Assembly: GCA_964019425.1 (NCBI GenBank) | Contig: OZ025780.1 | Location: forward strand, 186,001-250,000 | Origin: Flectonema sp. DT1601 | Lineage: Eukaryota | DNA length: 64,000 bases | Direction: 5' to 3' | Part shown: one piece after another, positions 58,101 to 64,000 of the stretch | Numbering within the stretch: the first letter of the stretch is position 1 | Layout: the number at the start of each line of letters is the position of its first letter | Program-made: the position numbers and the translations under genes | Notes under the pieces: model-generated | Databases searched by the model: none | What the model saw: the letters and a program-made list of their open reading frames with translations, nothing else | Told to the model about the DNA's origin: nothing

Positions 58101-61100
58101 CAGACCAGTCTGGTTCCGATAATCATGGTCGGTTTTATTTTGGAAGAAATCCAATTTTTGTAAAAGATGATTCACTGTCTTTTTATTATTTAAAAATGAA
58201 AAGCGAAGAGAGGGTGGCACTCCCGATGTCTACAAATGCTGTGGAGAAATCCTTTGTGGACAAAGGGACTGGCATGTTAATGGCATTTTGGATTAAAGTA
58301 TCCTCACTGAGCACCCAGCAGACTATTGTAAGCGACAACACTAACAGGCTTCGATCTGGGTATAATATTCAATGTTCAACAGAGGGACAGGTCTCTGTCA
58401 GAATAAATCTTCCAAAAAGAAATATAATTTCAACCGAATCACGCGATGGCATAATTAAAAAAGGTGTTTGGCATCACGTTGGATTGTATATTTCTGAAGA
58501 AGGAATACAACTGTTCGTTGATGGAGAATCGTCTTCTGAAAAAAAGTTTTTTTCGATAATGATTTCAGAGACTCCTCCGTCACTACTATCGTCACGGATT
58601 GAGTTTAGAGGTCCGACTCAAGACGGGGAATACCTAATGCTGTCAGACGTCGTGACATTGTCTGTTGATGAAGCATACAAGACTGTTATGCAGCTTTATA
58701 GCAGGCGGTTTAATTCAAGTCTTCAGATTGTTAAGTCATCCTGCAGTGGGCGATTCACAGCTGCGATTGTTTCGTTTTCAGGGATGTCGTTTTATAATAG
58801 TCTCAGATTTTATATTGATGGGTATGACGTTGGTGAAAGTCTGGCATCTGAATTACCATCTCTGAATTCTGATTCAGGTTTAGCTGTTGCTGGTCGAACA
58901 GCTATCGTGTCGACGACGAAAGGAGTTTTTATATTTAGAAAGTTATCGCCGACATTAAACAGTAATAAGCTCTCTTTAGCACAGAAAATATCATCAATCG
59001 AATTGCCGACGGAGAGATTCGTCGGAGGAAACTACGAATCGACAAGCAACACTACAACAGGAATACCTCTCTCAAATATCGCAAAAGTGATCTACGATAA
59101 CATTAAATTACGAAAAAGCAAGTACCCCCCTACTGGGTACGATGGTGTTTTTGTACCTGTCGGAACCTCAAATCCACAATCTGGTTACATCATCAACATT
59201 GGTAAGGTTTCAGAAATAACTAAAATAGTAGTCGCGTCAGGTCGCTGTTACAGAGAATCTTGTTGGCCACTTTCATTTAAATTAGCATACCTCAATCCTT
59301 CAACAGGGAAGTGGGATACGTTGCCGTCAGTGCTGACGATGCCAATGAAATCGACAGCACCGTATTATCAAATTTTTGATATGACTTCTGTGTCAGGTAA
59401 ACTATTAACATCAACAGTGTCTTTGTATAATGTGATTGGAGTGAATCCCGACACTGGAAGCGTGAGAATGAATGCCTTTGTGATATTCAACGAGCTTATG
59501 ACTACGTTTGATAAACCACCACTGATTGCATTGAGTGAATATTTATACATTTCAGTTAAAAATAATAATCATCTCTTTGACATTACAGACTGCTTTGGTT
59601 GTAAGTGGAGCAGCTCATCATCAGTTGAGTCAAAAACTGATTCTGGCTGTAGTCTGTCTTCTGTATCGCATAACAGTCATGGGGGTTGGTGTCCTGATAT
59701 GAAGACTGAAGTAATAGGGTATTTACCTTATGTTGAAATCTTATTTACGATGGATACTTTTATATCAAATGTCATAACTATACCCAGATCTATGAAGTCA
59801 CAAATAGAAATTGTTAAAGAGTATGAAGTTTTGTGTGGAATTTCGTCTAAAAAACATGTTTTGGAATGGTCTTCTGTTGGTGTTTTCTTTGGTGGGATTT
59901 TAGTTGAATTTGAACGACCGATTGAGTGTTTGAAACTTCGATTTATCCCAAAAAAATGGACAAATTCTCCGAGTATGAGAGTCGGGATCTACTCAACTAG
60001 TTTCACTGATTGCGATACGAGTACAGTTTATGTATTCAAACAGATCGGTGATGGATTTCACCTCTCAAACACCATCTCAACGAATTCAAAGGTCATAGCC
60101 GTGAGGGGAGGTGTCGCGGTCATTGGTCAATTGGTTTTCGTAAATGGAAAATTTCAAAAAAGAATACCGTCATACGGCATCCTGTTATCTGGTTCTATAT
60201 CAGACGATTTGGGAATTATCGTCCTGTTGTTCAAACAAATGGTAAATACCAACACCAGGCTCGTGGTATACAAAAATAGTCATACTGAAATCCACGAACT
60301 CCAATCAGTAATAATTCCTGATGAGACCTGTTCGGATCTATCAGTAACAAACAGTGGTACATCATCTCACAAGAATGTCTTTGTCGTATGTGATAACGGC
60401 ATGAGTATTAAACTATTTCAGATTAGAGGACGTGTGGTCTCTCAAATAAAGACCAGCCCGTCGGCATTAAGGCTGAACTCTATTGAAAGCAGTCAAGGCG
60501 ATTTATGTCATGAAAATATTAAAACAGAACTATCAACGATGTCTGTTGAACAGACTAACAGAGAACGTTGGATTCAAAAATCTAATAAACAAACATCGTG
60601 CAGTTCTCAGAAACAATTCCACATCGGAGATTCGATGTCTTTCAGATGCATTTCTCAGGATTGTGATGAGTTCATGTCATCTCCTGAATCTCATTTTATT
60701 GAACAGATTAGTGAAACCAGCTCAACGGGTGTGAATCCAGTTTTAAAATTAGTACAAAAAACGTCAATCACACCGTCCTCATCAATCACAAGTGATCATC
60801 ACCTGTTGAGTGTATCGCAACCACTGATCATCTCTCCTGAAAGACGAGGTGACAATGATTGTTTTATTGTCGGAGGAGAAGGTGTTGCTGTTGGACTAAA
60901 ATTTGAAAAATTGAAAAATGAAAAAAAATGGAAATCTACTTCACTAACAGAGAGGACGATTTCGAACTCAGTTTGGAATAGCAGCGTTCAAGACTACGTC
61001 ATCGGTAACGATACTTTAACTCTCGATAAGTGTTCTTCTGACGGTATTATATCAAGTCCCCAATTGATTAGCGACAGCGTCTTGATCCAAACTGGTGAAG

Positions 61101-64000
61101 TGTCGTTATCATTTTGGTTCAAACTAAAGCAAAATGCATCTCAACCCCTCCACATAAAAGATTATTTAGTGTACTGTGAGCATGTTTCATCTAGTTCTGT
61201 CTCTGCAGTGTTTTCAATTGATTTTGTTCTGGGCTCATCGAGTATCAGAATTTACAGCAGTTTCATTGATGGAACGAGTAACGATTATATTGTGGATTAT
61301 AATTTTAACCAAGGCAGTTGGTACCATTTGACTGTAGTGAGGTACCTTGATGATGATTTTCAACCAGCTATGTCAATTTACATCAACGGTATCATTTTAA
61401 AAAAAATAAAAACATCCCTGCCAGACCCTGCTCTATACAGCTGCTATGTTGGTTATAGTAGTTCTGCTCCTGTAGCATACTCGATGCCGATTGTTGTTAA
61501 GGATGTTTTTATTTTTAAAAGTCCTTTGATTCCTTCATTGATAAAAAAACTGTCTCAGAATAGTATTTCTGTTGAAGTTTTATCGCAAAATCTGATAGCA
61601 GCGGATGGCTGTTCAGCATTCTGGAGAAACAATAAAAATAATTTCAATGCGAAAACGGTTTTAACTACCAATTGTAATCTACTCAGTGCGACTAATTATT
61701 ACATAGTTCTTACTGATGAATCGATTGTTTCGATGAACGATTGGAAAGTAGATACCATAATTATCTCAATGAAACTGCTACATCACTTTAATGGAATTAT
61801 ATTTTTACTAGTATTGGATAGCTCTCCTTCTATTCATGTTTTTAGAGTAGTTGAACACCTTGAAGGTGATGTCTCTGTTACTTTGAAGCATTCTATTAAC
61901 AATTCAACTCTTGAACTCCCGTCGAATTCAAATCTAAATATCGATTTCAGTATATCAAACTATCGAGAACCATATTTGTTCATTCAGTTAACTACATCTG
62001 ATTCTCGTAGTACTCTGTTACTGCATGCCTATCACGTTGATATTAAGCTTGATGGTAGTGGGATAGCATTATCACTATTTTGGAGAAATTTTTTTCCATT
62101 TAAAAATGAAAATGAAAATCGTCAGACCGACTCATACCAAATACCGTCTGTTGGAATGTCGTACAGCAACTCTTCCAGTAAAAGTATCGGGTCTATTCCT
62201 CGAGATGCTCATTCTGTTTCTTTTATAAGCAGGTTTGTGTTAACTCACACGACAAACATCGACAGTGATATCATTTTATTCGAAATTGATAATTCAAATT
62301 CAATGCCGTCCTGCAGTATAAAATATTCTCTTGATCGAATTGAGTGTGGTTTAGGTGACAATGTCAATCCCGGAACTCGTTGTTTTATTCAAATAAACTC
62401 AATGACAACGAATGAAGCATTTGTTATTGGATGGAGGTACCGATATTTAGAACACGGAGCTGAGTCTGTTGTTGACATGTGGTTAGTCACAGAATTCCAC
62501 ACACAGGTGTTACACCAACAGTGTAAATATCCAGATGTTACTGTGTTCAAAAGCGATGATGGTGGTTACGGGAAAACATTAGTTTCACCATCAGAATTGT
62601 TCACTGGATACGCAGGTCCTTCTGAGCTCTACATCGACGCTACAGGTCTAACAGAGTACGCGATTCGTTCACGACTGACAACGTTGCTTAATGTCCCTCA
62701 GAATAATATACTTAACCCTAACAACCCTTCAGCTGATACTGTTTTTGTATACGACAGCCACAGTTGTGAAGGAACACCTACTCTCTTAACACCAGACTCT
62801 GACGATGACTATTTAGGTTCAGGTTATTGGTCATCCTGCAGTAAAGGTCTTAATAAATTCACAACAGGAATACGAAGTGTATTTATTCCTTCTTCTCAAC
62901 ACGCTGTTGAGGTCATTGGTACGAATGGATTAATGAGCGTGGGATTCGTTGGTTGTTACGTTGATTCCAGCAGTGAGACGCATGCAAAAGATCTCCGAAT
63001 TAGAATCTCGGGAAGCCACACAATAAGTAGTTGTTCCGCAGCATGTGCTGACTACATGTTGTTCGCATTGCGAAATTACGGAAGTTGTTTTTGCGGTGAC
63101 TCCTTCACTGATGAAGAACTTCCAACCGACAGCATTCAATGTGGCACCGCATGCACATCAGAAACTGCACCTAGTTCGATTCTCGGTAACGACCGATTTT
63201 GCGGCACTTCCAACAGAACTGCTGTGTACTCCCAGAATGGAATTTGTTCTTCTTTGTTAGGATTTGACGACGAGGTCATATCTCGGTCGGGTATCAAAAA
63301 GAAATTTATTTCTTCTGACGACGGCTGCGTCAGTCTCAATTCCAATTCTTATTTCGCTGTCAGATTTATTGCTGGCTACACTAGTGTGAATGATACCGTA
63401 GGGGGTGTTGGTTTTCGACCTTCTCTGTTATCAAGTGAAGGAGGGAATTTGATGATACTTTCTTCAGACAAGAAGTCAATCATCGTAGTGAGGTACGATG
63501 GTGTCGTATTGCAGACGATATTCTCCCCATTGGAGGTGTTGACTTTTGTTGTGTCGGCGTCAACGTTTGAAACAAAACTGTTGGTACTCTCAAGGAATAT
63601 AAATACAGTTGATAGTTTTATCTTCATATATGATCAGGAGGGTGACCAGAGGGAGGATGACCAGAAGGATTCTCGAGGGTTGTATTCAATCGTTGCGGTG
63701 ATCAGTTCCGTTGATGAATTTGAATCGAAAAGTTTAAATAATTTCACGACGAAATCAAAATGGATATCCGCCTCCCTCACAAGTAGTTCTGTTATCGTGT
63801 CTGGTGAAGACGGCTTGATTTCGATGATGGAGATTCCTTCTCAGAGTGGAATTCAACGTTCAGACTGTTCAACGAATGAATTATTTAATGGATACTCTTG
63901 TCTTCCTGGTGATTGTTATAAAGGCTGTAGTGGTCATGGTCAATGTGGACCTAACGCATCTTGTCAGTGCGATCCTGGATATGTTGGTAAACATTGTGAA
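55151..64000 (+). CDS. Giant secreted/surface protein, 3'-incomplete (>=2950 aa): LamG/ConA-like repeats, discoidin (F5/8C)-like, WSC, EGF
   Basis: ATG at 55151 (MLTALITAVLGAMF, signal-like) is in frame with the terminal CSGHGQCGPNASCQCDPGYVGKHCE. Motifs: SMWVK/WVHLTAV/WHHVGL/LSFWFK/WYHLTVV, RFIPKKW..SMRV, FVGCYVD..CFCG. It is absent from the ORF track, consistent with no stop in the window. Confidence 0.88.
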   Translation, partial: MLTALITAVLGAMFSFEGVGHPGGGFIDADDHLWCNTIGGMTIRSPGVNAFGVRLRNNTKIECQGREVINGDDDIIIDVWILNYDFTTTQVDQSVISFSISESTQTYQLGIRDNLIYIRSLSNIECTLPTSTQPLVWQQIRATISSTGVFLQLGPDAAITCSIRLQPQQQYSITDVVMLNGGVGTIAISNLMITGKTAMVKKRLSRTLDIENGHTGSEVVAHWDFTSPSSTVFDMTGRGHHLVGDQRLSYVDLITQSPSALVSSNSSTWASVNPLSQYFPATKTTQRGPSFSVLLWYRQLVELNGISKLISFSRSKNESVESEPFMLFVEYKSSSFPKVVVQLSEYKCESPSQAITSNIGWWHFGISLSPRGVCIYVNSVLVKKCTIGEDSSAVSELNNIRFGDIYPQLGTSNGKYSDERFDYLVKDVRLFSGIISSSVVVRYYQMGVIKKQINLKSNEKIFINYNNFNLYSKRQKATCVDHSNNLINAAPLSGGVDVFGSRIVADQILHVPVVIFDGSINSVMVTTALTTEISRELLMGSVQIEIGFFSQNYYQSKSISLLGYQKSDRFGWNLLVSVGPRNEYISVHTNGGGCTANITSVSKWNNLLVVVSRTRRQEVKLRNPKTYINEQITIKSTDGTSQCSSVVDEDVIESELLYFKQFPSDNRLTVGGSLQSNCSGIAGVPCSDLLPFFGRVSYVKISTPGIELVESLKPTETRELIPVWVTTLPSSSSVILDESFYKNRPARVSSKAKVMFSPSKKEHSYSVEFNGRDDSLISLGPAILLQRLFSKQELSISMWVKSAIPTDGNTGNKYLFYSQGVQLYSSHEAPAALTFSISSDQNYFNTSCTASLPEISIPLSWVHLTAVFNPWEASMTLYCSGSLRKKCHYSPSSDDVFGIVDFNNDYDVTIGKGFTGSVGPFSLYNSAIRPSDARLLYQKMLPTSYTREAWMGGFQLSNNPLQLWYNFETNENNIQFDSGQMIIPDQSGSDNHGRFYFGRNPIFVKDDSLSFYYLKMKSEERVALPMSTNAVEKSFVDKGTGMLMAFWIKVSSLSTQQTIVSDNTNRLRSGYNIQCSTEGQVSVRINLPKRNIISTESRDGIIKKGVWHHVGLYISEEGIQLFVDGESSSEKKFFSIMISETPPSLLSSRIEFRGPTQDGEYLMLSDVVTLSVDEAYKTVMQLYSRRFNSSLQIVKSSCSGRFTAAIVSFSGMSFYNSLRFYIDGYDVGESLASELPSLNSDSGLAVAGRTAIVSTTKGVFIFRKLSPTLNSNKLSLAQKISSIELPTERFVGGNYESTSNTTTGIPLSNIAKVIYDNIKLRKSKYPPTGYDGVFVPVGTSNPQSGYIINIGKVSEITKIVVASGRCYRESCWPLSFKLAYLNPSTGKWDTLPSVLTMPMKSTAPYYQIFDMTSVSGKLLTSTVSLYNVIGVNPDTGSVRMNAFVIFNELMTTFDKPPLIALSEYLYISVKNNNHLFDITDCFGCKWSSSSSVESKTDSGCSLSSVSHNSHGGWCPDMKTEVIGYLPYVEILFTMDTFISNVITIPRSMKSQIEIVKEYEVLCGISSKKHVLEWSSVGVFFGGILVEFERPIECLKLRFIPKKWTNSPSMRVGIYSTSFTDCDTSTVYVFKQIGDGFHLSNTISTNSKVIAVRGGVAVIGQLVFVNGKFQKRIPSYGILLSGSISDDLGIIVLLFKQMVNTNTRLVVYKNSHTEIHELQSVIIPDETCSDLSVTNSGTSSHKNVFVVCDNGMSIKLFQIRGRVVSQIKTSPSALRLNSIESSQGDLCHENIKTELSTMSVEQTNRERWIQKSNKQTSCSSQKQFHIGDSMSFRCISQDCDEFMSSPESHFIEQISETSSTGVNPVLKLVQKTSITPSSSITSDHHLLSVSQPLIISPERRGDNDCFIVGGEGVAVGLKFEKLKNEKKWKSTSLTERTISNSVWNSSVQDYVIGNDTLTLDKCSSDGIISSPQLISDSVLIQTGEVSLSFWFKLKQNASQPLHIKDYLVYCEHVSSSSVSAVFSIDFVLGSSSIRIYSSFIDGTSNDYIVDYNFNQGSWYHLTVVRYLDDDFQPAMSIYINGIILKKIKTSLPDPALYSCYVGYSSSAPVAYSMPIVVKDVFIFKSPLIPSLIKKLSQNSISVEVLSQNLIAADGCSAFWRNNKNNFNAKTVLTTNCNLLSATNYYIVLTDESIVSMNDWKVDTIIISMKLLHHFNGIIFLLVLDSSPSIHVFRVVEHLEGDVSVTLKHSINNSTLELPSNSNLNIDFSISNYREPYLFIQLTTSDSRSTLLLHAYHVDIKLDGSGIALSLFWRNFFPFKNENENRQTDSYQIPSVGMSYSNSSSKSIGSIPRDAHSVSFISRFVLTHTTNIDSDIILFEIDNSNSMPSCSIKYSLDRIECGLGDNVNPGTRCFIQINSMTTNEAFVIGWRYRYLEHGAESVVDMWLVTEFHTQVLHQQCKYPDVTVFKSDDGGYGKTLVSPSELFTGYAGPSELYIDATGLTEYAIRSRLTTLLNVPQNNILNPNNPSADTVFVYDSHSCEGTPTLLTPDSDDDYLGSGYWSSCSKGLNKFTTGIRSVFIPSSQHAVEVIGTNGLMSVGFVGCYVDSSSETHAKDLRIRISGSHTISSCSAACADYMLFALRNYGSCFCGDSFTDEELPTDSIQCGTACTSETAPSSILGNDRFCGTSNRTAVYSQNGICSSLLGFDDEVISRSGIKKKFISSDDGCVSLNSNSYFAVRFIAGYTSVNDTVGGVGFRPSLLSSEGGNLMILSSDKKSIIVVRYDGVVLQTIFSPLEVLTFVVSASTFETKLLVLSRNINTVDSFIFIYDQEGDQREDDQKDSRGLYSIVAVISSVDEFESKSLNNFTTKSKWISASLTSSSVIVSGEDGLISMMEIPSQSGIQRSDCSTNELFNGYSCLPGDCYKGCSGHGQCGPNASCQCDPGYVGKHCE

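Overview
AT-rich eukaryotic nuclear sequence. It looks euglenozoan, possibly diplonemid: all host genes lie on one strand, there are short GT-AG introns, and PTAV-mucin and 'FYxxYNPxK..KYGPEP' proteins are present. That taxonomy is inference only. Positions 1-21.3 kb are a nested repeat domain built on a ~1.22-kb structured, CpG-poor monomer. This domain contains a 7453-bp near-identical tandem duplication, a palindromic satellite, a TA-TSD MITE, a TIR element with a GCA TSD, and an intact Sola2-like DNA transposon present in only one duplicate. The monomer ends in a constant 100-bp hairpin that is followed, at the same base, by different short inserts with related ACTCA..TGAGT-type ends, and one copy looks empty; this is the most unusual signal in the window. 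A tRNA-Leu(CAA) with a divergent structured-RNA candidate 96 bp upstream and a truncated RNase H-bearing LINE mark the boundary. From 24.2 kb to the window end there are nine + strand genes and a 902-bp x2.33 array; the last gene is a >2950-codon ORF that runs off the window.
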